Below are positions 1 through 11,285 of a DNA stretch of 64,000 nt, one piece after another. Position 1 is the stretch's first letter, and the number at the start of each line of letters is the position of its first letter. The DNA is taken from positions 8,876-72,875 of the forward strand of contig JBCBZT010000039.1 of NCBI GenBank assembly GCA_039815185.1. Direction: 5' to 3'. The translations under genes were made by a program, and so were the position numbers. The notes beneath the pieces were generated by a model that saw nothing but the letters and a program-made list of their open reading frames with translations, searched no databases and was not told the DNA's origin. Source of the stretch: Cyanobacteria bacterium P01_A01_bin.123 (GTDB taxonomy: Bacteria; Cyanobacteriota; Cyanobacteriia; Phormidesmidales; Phormidesmidaceae).

Positions 1-59
1 CGTCCGAGACCCAAGATAGCGCGGGTTTTTCACCGTTAGATCGCTGCTATCTTTACGGC

Positions 60-1028
60 ATGAAGACGACGCGCGCATTAAAATCGATTCCCCTAGCCGT
101 TGGACTTTCCACCACTTTGGCTTCATGTACTGGTGTGCTCGGGGGGCCACTGGTGCTTGAGATTCAGCCGATTCAGGTTTGCAATAATTCAGGCACGACT
201 TGTGCCGGGATGGATTTGTTTGCAGCGGCTACCCAAAAAATTTGGGCTCAAGCCGACATCGAAGTGGTGTTTCTTAGCCCTAACAAGCTGTTTGCCAGTG
301 ATTTGCTGGTGATTGACAATAATCCCAATTTGCTGGATTCAGAATTTTATCAAATGTCTTTCACTGGCGGAGCTGGAGCCTTTGGGCGTCATCCAGATTC
401 TAGCCGCAATGAGGGCCCGATTAATTTATGGTTTGTCGATGAAATTGAATCTAGCCTAGGCAGAGCGTTTGGGTTAGCTTGGGTGGGGTCAAACGGCGTT
501 TTGATCAGTGACGATATTCTAGATTTCAATGGCGGTATTGGCCGCATTGATACCATCGCTCACGAGATTGGGCACAACTTGGGATTACGGCATACCACGT
601 TTGGAGCAGGTGGGGCAAACAACTTGATGACATCCGGTTTGGTACGGGCAGTTCCTAGCAGTACTGATGATATTGCCCCCGACGGTGCCGCACTAGATCA
701 ACTCAACTCGTCCCAAATCAATGAGGCTCGCGACAGTTCCCTACTGAGGGACAATACAGGAAGTTCGATCATCAGCGGCATTATTGATCTACTCTTGAGT
801 CCTGATGATGATCCGCTTTTAGATCAAGGTCAAACTGCTGCGGTTACTATCGATCAAAGTTATGGCAGTTATCGTTCAGCTCCAGCTCAGCCCCCGGCTA
901 AAGCGATTCCAGAAACCGGGTTCTCGGGATGGGTGTGGGCAGGCATCGCAATTGTGGGGGGGTGGGGTGTTTGTTGCAGGCCTCGTGGGGCATCGCCGCA
1001 GCGTTCAAATCGCCCACCGCTGGATTAA
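60..1028 (+). CDS. Secreted metzincin-type zinc metalloprotease with lipobox and PEP-CTERM-like tail
   Basis: HEIGHNLGLRH (HExxHxxGxxH) followed by a Met-turn (NNLMTSG); N-terminal LASC lipobox; C-terminal IPE + hydrophobic stretch + basic residues. Confidence 0.75.
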   Translation: MKTTRALKSIPLAVGLSTTLASCTGVLGGPLVLEIQPIQVCNNSGTTCAGMDLFAAATQKIWAQADIEVVFLSPNKLFASDLLVIDNNPNLLDSEFYQMSFTGGAGAFGRHPDSSRNEGPINLWFVDEIESSLGRAFGLAWVGSNGVLISDDILDFNGGIGRIDTIAHEIGHNLGLRHTTFGAGGANNLMTSGLVRAVPSSTDDIAPDGAALDQLNSSQINEARDSSLLRDNTGSSIISGIIDLLLSPDDDPLLDQGQTAAVTIDQSYGSYRSAPAQPPAKAIPETGFSGWVWAGIAIVGGWGVCCRPRGASPQRSNRPPLD

Positions 1029-1048
1029 CCCTTGGGAGGACTTGAGTC

Positions 1049-1693
1049 ATGCGAATCTTGGCCATTGGGCTAGTGACAGGTGTTGCCGTGGCGCTACTCG
1101 TTGGGGTTTTGATCCAAAATGGCGTGGCTAATTTAACGCCGCCCACCCCTGAAGCCACCCCTGAAATGGTGACAGATCCATCTGAAGCGCCACCAGAGAC
1201 AGGTGATGATGTGATGCCGTTACCGCCGACCGAGCAAACGGTGGTCTCTGCAAGTGGGCAATATATTTTGGAGATTACCGCCTCAGATGGGTGGGATTCA
1301 ACGAGTGCGATCGCGGCCTTGTATCGCAATAGTGCTCATCAAGACGAGCGAGAATTGCTCTGGCAGCGATCGCTGCCCCAAAGCTATGGCCCCAAATATG
1401 CCGTAGTCAGCAATCAAGGGCAGGTGGTGATGCTCGACGAATGGATCAATGTCGCCAGCCCCTATGCCGTTATGGTGTTTGACCAAAATGACAATCTGCT
1501 GTCTCAAACCAGCTTTGACCGTTTACAAACGCTCCTAGCGGTTCCCCGGCGTCAGATTGTTGACCAGGCGATGCAGGGCTGGTGGATTTCTGCTCCTCCC
1601 AAATTAAATACCGAATCAGCTGCGGTCACGGTTAAAACCGCTGGCAAACAACTGATCATCGATTTAACGACGGGTGAACTGACGGCACTCTAA
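1049..1693 (+). CDS. Hypothetical membrane-anchored protein
   Basis: 214-aa ORF with N-terminal hydrophobic helix and Pro-rich linker; GGGAGG upstream. Confidence 0.65.
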   Translation: MRILAIGLVTGVAVALLVGVLIQNGVANLTPPTPEATPEMVTDPSEAPPETGDDVMPLPPTEQTVVSASGQYILEITASDGWDSTSAIAALYRNSAHQDERELLWQRSLPQSYGPKYAVVSNQGQVVMLDEWINVASPYAVMVFDQNDNLLSQTSFDRLQTLLAVPRRQIVDQAMQGWWISAPPKLNTESAAVTVKTAGKQLIIDLTTGELTAL

Positions 1694-1708
1694 GCCACCC
1701 ACCTGTCA

Positions 1709-3197
<1,489 letters not shown>

Positions 3198-3271
3198 TGA
3201 TCGGCATCGTAGCATGAGCCTAAGCTGCACAGACAGAGTTATTAAAAGTTGACGGTTTGTATGGCGTTGTT

Positions 3272-5347
3272 TTAAGGATTAGGAACTTCCTTCTCTTCTG
3301 GTTCAGCCAGTTCCTCGGGTTCTGGGTCTGAGACTACATTATCAACCGCCACAGTCAAGTTGTAAGCAATCGGTTGCGCTGCGGTAGACACCACAGCAAT
3401 CTCGTAATACCCCGTCTGAGTTAATCGGCCTGACCAAGTTGTTTCGGCTGAATCAGCTAACAAGAAGGGAGTCGCATCATCAGGCCGAGGCACATACAGT
3501 GAAAACTGCGTAGACTCGCCAGGGGCTTGCAAATTAACGCGCATGAGCTGTCCTTCACTCAGGCTGAGCACATAGACCATGCCTTGGCCTGGATCAAGCC
3601 GCCCCTCGGTTTGCGTCCGATAGGCACCGGATTCAAAGGTGAGTTCACTCAGTCGCTCATCATTTTCCATGGCCCGGACCTGATCTTCAGCAATGCCGTG
3701 CCAGATTTGGCCAATGGGTTGATTAATGAAGTCTGCGGTGGCTTGGTCGGGAAATAGATGCAGAAATTTGGCATCAGTGAGGTCATTGAGGGCACGGCTG
3801 CTGACGTAAAGCGCATTGACTCGGGTTTGCCACTGTTCGCGATCGCCCACACCGTAGTTCCCCAGATTTTGACGGGCCGGCGTGCTGAGATTTTGCTCCA
3901 TGATGTCGAGCATTTCCGCCGCAATCGTATCCCAGCGAAAGCGTAGCTCAGCGTCTTCAGGGCTATCGGTTAGGGTTTTGCCCTGGAGATCGGGGTAGCG
4001 GCTGTAAAAAATCTGATCAATCAGCGGTACGAAATACTCGCGGCTAATCCCCAGGTTTTCTCGCCGTTCTCTTAAGGTGTGCTGACGCGCTTGTTCTTCC
4101 GCGCTCACAGCTGAACCATCGGTCGTTTCTTCGGTGCGATCGCCGATGCCCCCCGGTTGCCATTGTCCCGACACCCACCACACCAAGCCCACGGCCCCAA
4201 TCAACACGAGCAGCCCAAAGATTGCTTGTAAAAAGCCAGCACCAGAAGGCGATCGCGCTCCATTAATCGGCGTAACAGGATATTGGCTTACTTCTGAAAG
4301 ATCAGGGGCAGCGGGATCATAAGTGAGGGGGGCAGGGGGGGATGGACGAGGGGGGGGTGGGGTAAAACTAGACGGTGCCACAGGTGCAGCCGGGCTTACG
4401 GCTACGGTGGCCGCAGTTGTGGGGATGACGCCGTTGCCTGAGGTGGGTTTTTCAGAGGGGTTACCGACAATCGGTGGGGAAAAGCCTAAGGCCTGCATAA
4501 CTTCAGTTGCAGATTGAAAGCGATCGCTGGGTCGAGCTGCCAACATCCGATCGAGTACATCACCGAAGCGTGGACTCAAACTCACCTGGGGTCGCCAATT
4601 CCAAGCCTGATTGCGACGGTCATAGAGCTCATAGGGATCTTGACCACTGAGTAACACCAAAGCTGTGGCAGCTAGCGCATAGAAATCGCTAGCGGGGGTG
4701 GCCTCTCCTGCACTGAGCTGTTCCTCTGGGGCGTAGCCAACTTTGCCCAAACGAGTCAAGACTGGATTTGAATCGGCACCCGGTAAGGTATGACTCAGCT
4801 GATAGTTAACGTTAGCGACCAGCTTTTTGACGCCGCCAAAGTCAATCAGCACAGGCAACTCGTCAACATTGCGCAAAATAATATTGTCAGGAGAAATATC
4901 CCGATGTATCACACCAACACTGTGGATGTAATCGAGCACAGGTAGTAGGTGATAAAAGAGCTGCTTAACTTCCATTTCAGTAAAGCAGCCCCCATACCCC
5001 CGGCGGGTATTAAGCAGCTCCAAATAGGTCGGCCCCTCAACATAGTCTTGGACTAAAAAGAGACGTCCCTTAGTTGCAGTTTGCACCCGCAATAGCTCCC
5101 GAAACCGAGGAATTTGAGGATGTTGAAGTTGATATAGCACCCCGGCTTCTCGTTCAAACAGCTGTTGAGCCTTTTGCAGCGCTGCAGCCCCTTCAACCTG
5201 GGGGACAAATTCCTTCAGCACGCACAGCTCATTAAAGCGGTGGTTATCTTCTGCCAGATAGGTATGGCCAAATCCCCCTCGGCCCAGCTCTTTAAGCAGG
5301 CGATAGCGAGACCCGAGCGGTGGCCCTGCCTGAATATCTGGCATCAT
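3272..5347 (-). CDS. Membrane Ser/Thr protein kinase (Pkn2 type)
   Basis: LGRGGFG, VLKE, HRDISPDN, DFG, GYAPEE motifs; Pro-rich linker, TM helix, extracytoplasmic C-terminal domain. Confidence 0.93.
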   Translation of the reverse strand: MMPDIQAGPPLGSRYRLLKELGRGGFGHTYLAEDNHRFNELCVLKEFVPQVEGAAALQKAQQLFEREAGVLYQLQHPQIPRFRELLRVQTATKGRLFLVQDYVEGPTYLELLNTRRGYGGCFTEMEVKQLFYHLLPVLDYIHSVGVIHRDISPDNIILRNVDELPVLIDFGGVKKLVANVNYQLSHTLPGADSNPVLTRLGKVGYAPEEQLSAGEATPASDFYALAATALVLLSGQDPYELYDRRNQAWNWRPQVSLSPRFGDVLDRMLAARPSDRFQSATEVMQALGFSPPIVGNPSEKPTSGNGVIPTTAATVAVSPAAPVAPSSFTPPPPRPSPPAPLTYDPAAPDLSEVSQYPVTPINGARSPSGAGFLQAIFGLLVLIGAVGLVWWVSGQWQPGGIGDRTEETTDGSAVSAEEQARQHTLRERRENLGISREYFVPLIDQIFYSRYPDLQGKTLTDSPEDAELRFRWDTIAAEMLDIMEQNLSTPARQNLGNYGVGDREQWQTRVNALYVSSRALNDLTDAKFLHLFPDQATADFINQPIGQIWHGIAEDQVRAMENDERLSELTFESGAYRTQTEGRLDPGQGMVYVLSLSEGQLMRVNLQAPGESTQFSLYVPRPDDATPFLLADSAETTWSGRLTQTGYYEIAVVSTAAQPIAYNLTVAVDNVVSDPEPEELAEPEEKEVPNP

Positions 5348-5547
5348 AAAGGTTGTCTCCTCACGCTTAATTCACAGGCGGTTCTTTAGAGGATAGTTCA
5401 GCCTAGCCCAGCCATCATCGTAGCGAATTGAAAAACTTCTAAAGAATTAAGACGTTAAAATACAGAATGGCTTTCGACTGACTCACTCCTGACGTCTTAA
5501 TTCTGTATTCCTTCGCTATCGGTGTTTTCTGGATTAAGTCAAACACC

Positions 5548-6492
5548 TTAATCTGCTAACTGAATACTGTTGGGGATTAATTGCGCAGTCCAGATACCCA
5601 AATCGGGGTCGGGGATATGTTGGCGCAGTTTAGCTGCGATCGCGGCGGCAGCATCAGCCGTTTCAGCCAGGGTAAATACGGTTGGCCCAGAACCCGACAT
5701 TAGCGTGCCGATACCCCCTAAACTCATTAAAACTTCTTTCAGGTGTGCCACTTGGGGATGGGCAGACAGCACCACTTTTTCGAGATCGTTCGATAGATCT
5801 TGTCCAATGGTGGCTCCGGCTTGATCAATAATGGCGCTGACAATATCACTAGAGCGAATAGACTGTTGGCGAGCCCGCATCTGATCAAGGTCTTGGATGT
5901 ATTGATCACCAAATTGCTGACGATAGGTTTGGTAGGCCCAAGGGGTAGAAACGGACAGGCTATGATATTTTGCCAGCACTACCGATAAATTATCCAGACT
6001 TTTGAGTGGGTCGAGGGCTTCCCCTCGACCGGTGGCGATCGCGGTACCGCCCACCACACAAAAGGGAACATCAGACCCTAATTTGGCACCCAGGGCTTGC
6101 AATTCACTTTGGGTTAAGCCCAGTTTCCACAGCATATCTAAGCCCACCAGAACGGCTGCTGCATTGGTGGATCCACCTGCTAAGCCAGCCCCCACGGGAA
6201 TTTGTTTCTCAATGGTGATTTCGACACCCCCAAATTTGGTTAGCACATTGGGAAAGGTTTGGGCGAGTAACGCAGCAGCACGATAGGCCAGATTGGATGC
6301 ATCGGTTGGCACTAGGGGATGATCACAGCGGATGCGAATATCGTCGGTGCCCAGACTGCGCACCGTGACTCGATCGCACAGGTTAACACTCTGCATAACC
6401 ATGACGAGTTCATGATAGCCATCGCGGCGATCGCCCACGATCTCTAAATACAAGTTGATCTTGGCCGCTGCCAGCAATGAATATAGACGCAT
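5548..6492 (-). CDS. ispE: 4-diphosphocytidyl-2-C-methyl-D-erythritol kinase
   Basis: AKINLYL, IPVGAGLAGGSTNAAA, LGSDVPF, MSGSGPT. Confidence 0.96.
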   Translation of the reverse strand: MRLYSLLAAAKINLYLEIVGDRRDGYHELVMVMQSVNLCDRVTVRSLGTDDIRIRCDHPLVPTDASNLAYRAAALLAQTFPNVLTKFGGVEITIEKQIPVGAGLAGGSTNAAAVLVGLDMLWKLGLTQSELQALGAKLGSDVPFCVVGGTAIATGRGEALDPLKSLDNLSVVLAKYHSLSVSTPWAYQTYRQQFGDQYIQDLDQMRARQQSIRSSDIVSAIIDQAGATIGQDLSNDLEKVVLSAHPQVAHLKEVLMSLGGIGTLMSGSGPTVFTLAETADAAAAIAAKLRQHIPDPDLGIWTAQLIPNSIQLAD

Positions 6493-6496
6493 AACG

Positions 6497-7321
6497 CTAA
6501 AAGCTGCCTTCCCCCTGAATTCTATTACTCAATACCACCCAATTTTCGACACTCAGGTTTTCAGCCCGTACCTCTGGCGCCAGCCCTAGGGTTGTGAACA
6601 GTGCTGCCAAGCGATCGCGTTCGACAATGTCTCTTATATTATTGCGCAGCATCTTACGACGACTGGCAAATCCTGCCTGCACCAGTTGGGCCAGCAACCT
6701 AGGATCATCGGCAGCAGGGATAAAGCGCCGGGGACGGAGTCTGACCACTGCTGAAGTCACCTTGGGTGGCGGATAAAATGCCTGAGGCGGCACCTCACAA
6801 ATCCATTCGCACTCAGCTAAATACTGCATCCGTACTGACATGGCGCCATAGGTTTTAGATCCGGGTGGTGCACAAAGGCGATCGGCGACTTCTCGCTGCA
6901 CCAGCAACACAATTGCCTCAAACGGCAAAAGCGGCGGTTGATTGATGCCCCCCACCAATTTTTCCAAAATTGGCCCGGTAATGTAATAAGGGATATTTGC
7001 AACGACTTTATTGGGTTCGGCGATCGCGTTGTGACCCAATGCACCGAGTAAATCTAGGGTCAAAAAATCAGTCTCTAATAAATGGAACCCTGGATGGGCA
7101 GCAAATTTTTGCCGCAGCAGTTTGCACAAGTCACGATCGACTTCCACGGCAATGACCGTTTCAGCCTGGTGCAACAGGCGCTCGGTGAGTACCCCTTGGC
7201 CAGGCCCAATTTCCAACACGCGATCGCCGTCCTGCAGCTGAGCTGAACTGACAATCTGCGCCAGTACAGCCTGACTCGTGAGCCAATGTTGCCCAAAGCG
7301 TTTGCGGGGTCGAGCAGCCAT
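6497..7321 (-). CDS. rsmA: 16S rRNA adenine dimethyltransferase RsmA/KsgA
   Basis: KRFGQHWL, VLEIGPGQG, VANIPYYIT, FYPPPKVTSAVV. Confidence 0.96.
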   Translation of the reverse strand: MAARPRKRFGQHWLTSQAVLAQIVSSAQLQDGDRVLEIGPGQGVLTERLLHQAETVIAVEVDRDLCKLLRQKFAAHPGFHLLETDFLTLDLLGALGHNAIAEPNKVVANIPYYITGPILEKLVGGINQPPLLPFEAIVLLVQREVADRLCAPPGSKTYGAMSVRMQYLAECEWICEVPPQAFYPPPKVTSAVVRLRPRRFIPAADDPRLLAQLVQAGFASRRKMLRNNIRDIVERDRLAALFTTLGLAPEVRAENLSVENWVVLSNRIQGEGSF

Positions 7322-7759
7322 GGCAACAACCTCTCAAGATAGTTATTTTCCACAATACCCCCGTCCACGATCAGCCCTATCAATCTTCTGGGTTGGCGGA
7401 TCCCATAGAAAGGGGGTCTGACCACATTTACGGTAACGTAGGCTACTTATTGAGCTGAGATAGCAGAAAATTGCGGTAAATACTGAATTATAAAGAAGGG
7501 AGTATCCGTATTTACTCTCAAGTGCCCTACAGAATCCTTAAATCCTAGTGGCCCAAAAACCAATTTTTCGGTGGGAAATACCCAAGTGGTTTTAGCCTCA
7601 AACTCGTTAGATTTATAGCGTCATCGATTTTCAACCTGAGGTCAAAATATTTGACCTGTCTGAATAGGTTTACCTCAATCACTTGAGAAAGCCGGAAGAA
7701 TTTAAAGTTCGTTTTTTGACATCAAACGCTACCGCACAGACCACTACAAGGAGAATTCC

Positions 7760-8509
7760 ATGAAGTTTAACCGCGTCACTGCATTTGTGACCGTTGCCAC
7801 AGCCGCAGCCAGTTTCTTTTATGGTGGCGCTGCCAACGCAATGAATCTAAGAAGTGATTTGCAAAGCACTTTCAGCCAGTATGTTAACCAAGAGGGTGCA
7901 TTACTCAATGATGCTGGCCTTCAGCAACTGGATGCCCAATCTCTGTTTTGGAACGGAGTTGATCCCATCGATGTCTTCTTCGTGAATGAGGGTGCAGCTT
8001 TTAAGAGTCAGCTTGATTACAGCATCAATGGCGATGCATCGGTTACCCTCTTCGACAATATTTCTTCCCAAAACAGCGTCTTGCCAGAAGGTGACGGCGT
8101 GCTTGCGTTGGGTGAAGGGAAGCGGGTTGGTGAATTCGACGGCCCGACTCAAATCGATTTCTTCCTCAAAGCTGACGGCTACGATAATCCCGACGGGTAT
8201 GTTTATGGGGCAGACGCCTCAGCTAACCCCGATGGTTTGCAGCACATGGTGGCCTTTAACTACTATGACGATGTTGCCGATGAATACTGGACGATCATCG
8301 GTTTTGAGGATCTCTACGGTGAATTGGGGGCCAAAGATGCACCCAACCAAAATTCTGACCGTGACTTCAATGACGTTGTTTTCGCCGTTCGCGGTGTTCA
8401 AGGGGAGACCGTCGTGAAAACGCCTGAACCTTCTGCCATGCTGGCCTTTGTCGGCCTTGGTTTGGCGGGTGGTTTGAAGCAAATCCGTCGCAAGAAGACC
8501 GTTGCATAA
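7760..8509 (+). CDS. PEP-CTERM sorting-domain protein (DUF4114-like acidic domain)
   Basis: Signal peptide, IGFEDLYG...SDRDFNDVVF motif, C-terminal TPEPSAM + TM + RRKK; AAGGAG RBS. Confidence 0.88.
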   Translation: MKFNRVTAFVTVATAAASFFYGGAANAMNLRSDLQSTFSQYVNQEGALLNDAGLQQLDAQSLFWNGVDPIDVFFVNEGAAFKSQLDYSINGDASVTLFDNISSQNSVLPEGDGVLALGEGKRVGEFDGPTQIDFFLKADGYDNPDGYVYGADASANPDGLQHMVAFNYYDDVADEYWTIIGFEDLYGELGAKDAPNQNSDRDFNDVVFAVRGVQGETVVKTPEPSAMLAFVGLGLAGGLKQIRRKKTVA

Positions 8510-8558
8510 GATCGTCGACCATCGGGTTAGACCGACCTCTTAAGTGACCAATTTATGG

Positions 8559-8600
8559 CGTAATAAGGCATATCCCAGTGGGATATGCCTTATTACGTTT
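8559..8600 (+). terminator. Intrinsic terminator-like hairpin
   Basis: Perfect 19-bp inverted repeat CGTAATAAGGCATATCCCA/TGGGATATGCCTTATTACG followed by TTT, 50 nt after the stop codon. Confidence 0.75.
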
Positions 8601-8603
8601 ATG

Positions 8604-8707
8604 TAGGCGCTGGGCAGATTGCTTCATGCACCTGGTACCGCTGGGATGCTCAACACACAAGCAATCTGGTTCGCTGTAGCGCACAAAGCTTTGTGGCTAC
8701 GGCCATA
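8604..8707 (+). repeat. ~105-bp dispersed double-hairpin repeat, copy 1
   Basis: Near-identical to 21926-22030 (reverse) and 29861-29965. Confidence 0.9.
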
Positions 8708-8717
8708 ACATCTTGAT

Positions 8718-9292
8718 CTATTCATCATCTTCAAATACGGGTGACCAAATACTATCTACCGCCATCTGCCAACCGGGCAAAAGGTCTGGCAACGTCAAAA
8801 TATCCCCCTCCTGAAGCATCAGTACCGCTTGGCTCGGACGATACACCTCCAGCTGATGAATCCTAGGGTCAACCAGTACCCAACTTCAGTGCCCAACTCA
8901 AGAAATGCTTGAATTTTCTGCCGCAGGTTTTCCATCGAATCCGTTTTTGATTTCACCTCAAAGGCAAGATCGGGCACGAGCTGGGCAAAGTCTTCAGTTG
9001 TCCGCCTGAGCCGAGAGGCTCGAATAAATGATGCATCAGGGGCACGCACGTCTTGACTCGCATTGGGTAGAACAAAGCCTGCACTCGAAGCTGCAACCCG
9101 TCCAAGTCGCCGAGGATTCACCCACGTCCATAGTTGCGCCACGATCGCCGCCACAACCTCGTCAGATTCATATCCGGACGGGCTCATAATTGTAATTTCT
9201 CCATCAACCAGTTCCATTTGCCAATCGGGATGCTCAGCCTGGAGCGTTTCTAAATCTTTAATTTTCATGCCTACCTTAGCTTTGAAGACCAT
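8718..9292 (-). pseudogene. Uma2-family endonuclease-fold gene with a 1-nt frameshift
   Basis: MELVDGEITIMSP, APDASF, PDLAFEVKS; adding one G at ~8879-8881 restores GVLVDP...LTLPDLLPGW...WSPVFEDDE* ending at 8718. Confidence 0.8.
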
Positions 9293-9335
9293 CAAGCTTT
9301 TTCCTAAGGTGCAACATTCCAATCATAGGAGAAGC

Positions 9336-11285
9336 TCACTGGGGTGTATTTTGCAGATAGTCATCATAGCGGTGTTGCAATTGCTCAACAGTGAGGGCTT
9401 GGGTCCAATATTCAACCAGGGCATGGCCAAAGGCCCAAGCGGTGCGATCGCTGCGGGATGAGTTTTCTCGCAGTAGGGGCCAAAGTTTGAGCAAGTCAAA
9501 GGCGGGAAAGGCATTGCCGCCGTGTTCATCATCGGGCAGCTCGGGCGGGCTGAGTAGAGTGTAAAGATCGTAGGCCATCTGGAGTTTGCCAATTACAATG
9601 GGCAATTGCTCCACGGGAACTTGCTCAGCTAGCACATAAGCCAGGGCGGGTGACCCGGTTGTCAGGGTAGAGATAAATTGTAGAACGGGGCTTTTAAGCA
9701 AAGCGGTCAATCCTTGGGTGGTAGACATTTGCACCCTGTAGCGATCGATGATGCGGGCAGCGGCAAAGATGCGGGACTGGCGATCGCGCAAAAACCGAGC
9801 CAACCGTTGCTGTTTGGCTGGGTCAATTAATTCCACCAATGCCATCGACAAGGCATCTGCGTTCCAAGCCTCGCGGGGGGGCTGAGCTTGCCGGGTAACC
9901 AGGGGTAAAACGCGGGTACAGATTGGGCTGAACTGTTCAATTCGATATTGGGTGGCCTCGCGGATCGAAATCTCTTTGGGGCGATCGCCCCCTTGCCAAT
10001 CGTAGGGGGGATGCCATTCTCGGACGGGTCTCAATCGGTCCACCTGGGTAATCACGGCAACAACCGGAACCGCTGGCGCTTGCCGTTGCCAATCCTTGAG
10101 AAAGTCCACATCCATTTGTAAGGCTGGATCAAGGGCCGGGGTCAGTATCAACAGCAGATCCACTTGGGCGGCAAAATCGAGCACTTGTTCACGAAAGTCG
10201 CTGCGGTTGACCTGCTCATAACCGGGGGTGTCCCAAAGGGTTAAGGCCTCACCAGTAGGAACTTGCCACTGGTAACGCTGAATTTGGTCGGTACTGGGCA
10301 AGACATCTACCGCTGCTCGTTCAGATTGAAACAGCGTGTTGATCAAACTGCTTTTTCCCGCACCTGTACGACCCACCAGTAACAAATTGACCGGCTTTTG
10401 TTCAACAGCTTCAACGGGCTCTGCCTGGTCAAAAATAACCTGCAGGGTTTGAGTTTTTGCCTCCGGTAGTGGCGGTGAGTCCTCGTCAATATCGAGGGAT
10501 GGCAAGGTGCCGCTGTAGAGGGCGATCGCTTGGCGGGCTAAGTTACGCAGAGCGGCTTCGCGCATCAGGTGGCTGAGATTCAGCATCAGCTGCTGCGTGG
10601 CGCGATCGCTGCTTCCCTGACTGGCTTGCTTAGCTAAGGCCGCAGCGGGGTTAATCAACCATTGCGCCCAATTCCAAACCTGCAACAATCGACGGGCAGA
10701 AGGCTCTAGTTTTTGGTATAGCTCATAGCCCTGGTAGGCTTGGCCCACGGTCATTTGCCCCAATACGGGGGACAGTTTCTGCATCCACTGATCCAGGTCA
10801 TCTACGGTGCCGCGAATCAAGGCGTAAGCCTGGGGCACATAAATGTTCAGCAGTGGATACTTGACTGCGGGATGGTAGACGTGAGCGATCGCCGTGACAA
10901 GCTGCTGACACCGTTGCCAAAATTGTGGCCAGTCTTGCCACAGGGGGGCATCGTCTTTAGCCGCGCTCAGAACAGCTTTGATCGCGATTTCCGCTTCGCG
11001 GGTCGCGTCTGTCGCAGATGCATCGGAGACGGTCTCAGCCTCGGGCAAGGTCGCGGTCAGTTCTTGATTTGCGGCTGCGATCGCTGATTCTAGCTGAGCC
11101 GTTACCGGCTTTGTCCAGCGGACGAGCAGCCACCGCCAGCCCACCAGTGCCAAGACGACCAGCGCCCAAATCCAATTCAACCCCCAGGTGTGGATTTGCC
11201 ACCCCGCTGCCACCAGCAGGAAACTGCCGATAACAACTAGCGGTAAGGCGAGTATCCCCCACTGTAAAAGGGTTAAACGCATCAA
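9336..11285 (-). CDS. Membrane-anchored GTPase family protein (Era/MMR_HSR1-like G domain)
   Basis: GRTGAGKSS (G1), DTPG (G3), TQVD (G4-like); two N-terminal TM helices. Confidence 0.85.
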   Translation of the reverse strand: MMRLTLLQWGILALPLVVIGSFLLVAAGWQIHTWGLNWIWALVVLALVGWRWLLVRWTKPVTAQLESAIAAANQELTATLPEAETVSDASATDATREAEIAIKAVLSAAKDDAPLWQDWPQFWQRCQQLVTAIAHVYHPAVKYPLLNIYVPQAYALIRGTVDDLDQWMQKLSPVLGQMTVGQAYQGYELYQKLEPSARRLLQVWNWAQWLINPAAALAKQASQGSSDRATQQLMLNLSHLMREAALRNLARQAIALYSGTLPSLDIDEDSPPLPEAKTQTLQVIFDQAEPVEAVEQKPVNLLLVGRTGAGKSSLINTLFQSERAAVDVLPSTDQIQRYQWQVPTGEALTLWDTPGYEQVNRSDFREQVLDFAAQVDLLLILTPALDPALQMDVDFLKDWQRQAPAVPVVAVITQVDRLRPVREWHPPYDWQGGDRPKEISIREATQYRIEQFSPICTRVLPLVTRQAQPPREAWNADALSMALVELIDPAKQQRLARFLRDRQSRIFAAARIIDRYRVQMSTTQGLTALLKSPVLQFISTLTTGSPALAYVLAEQVPVEQLPIVIGKLQMAYDLYTLLSPPELPDDEHGGNAFPAFDLLKLWPLLRENSSRSDRTAWAFGHALVEYWTQALTVEQLQHRYDDYLQNTPQ

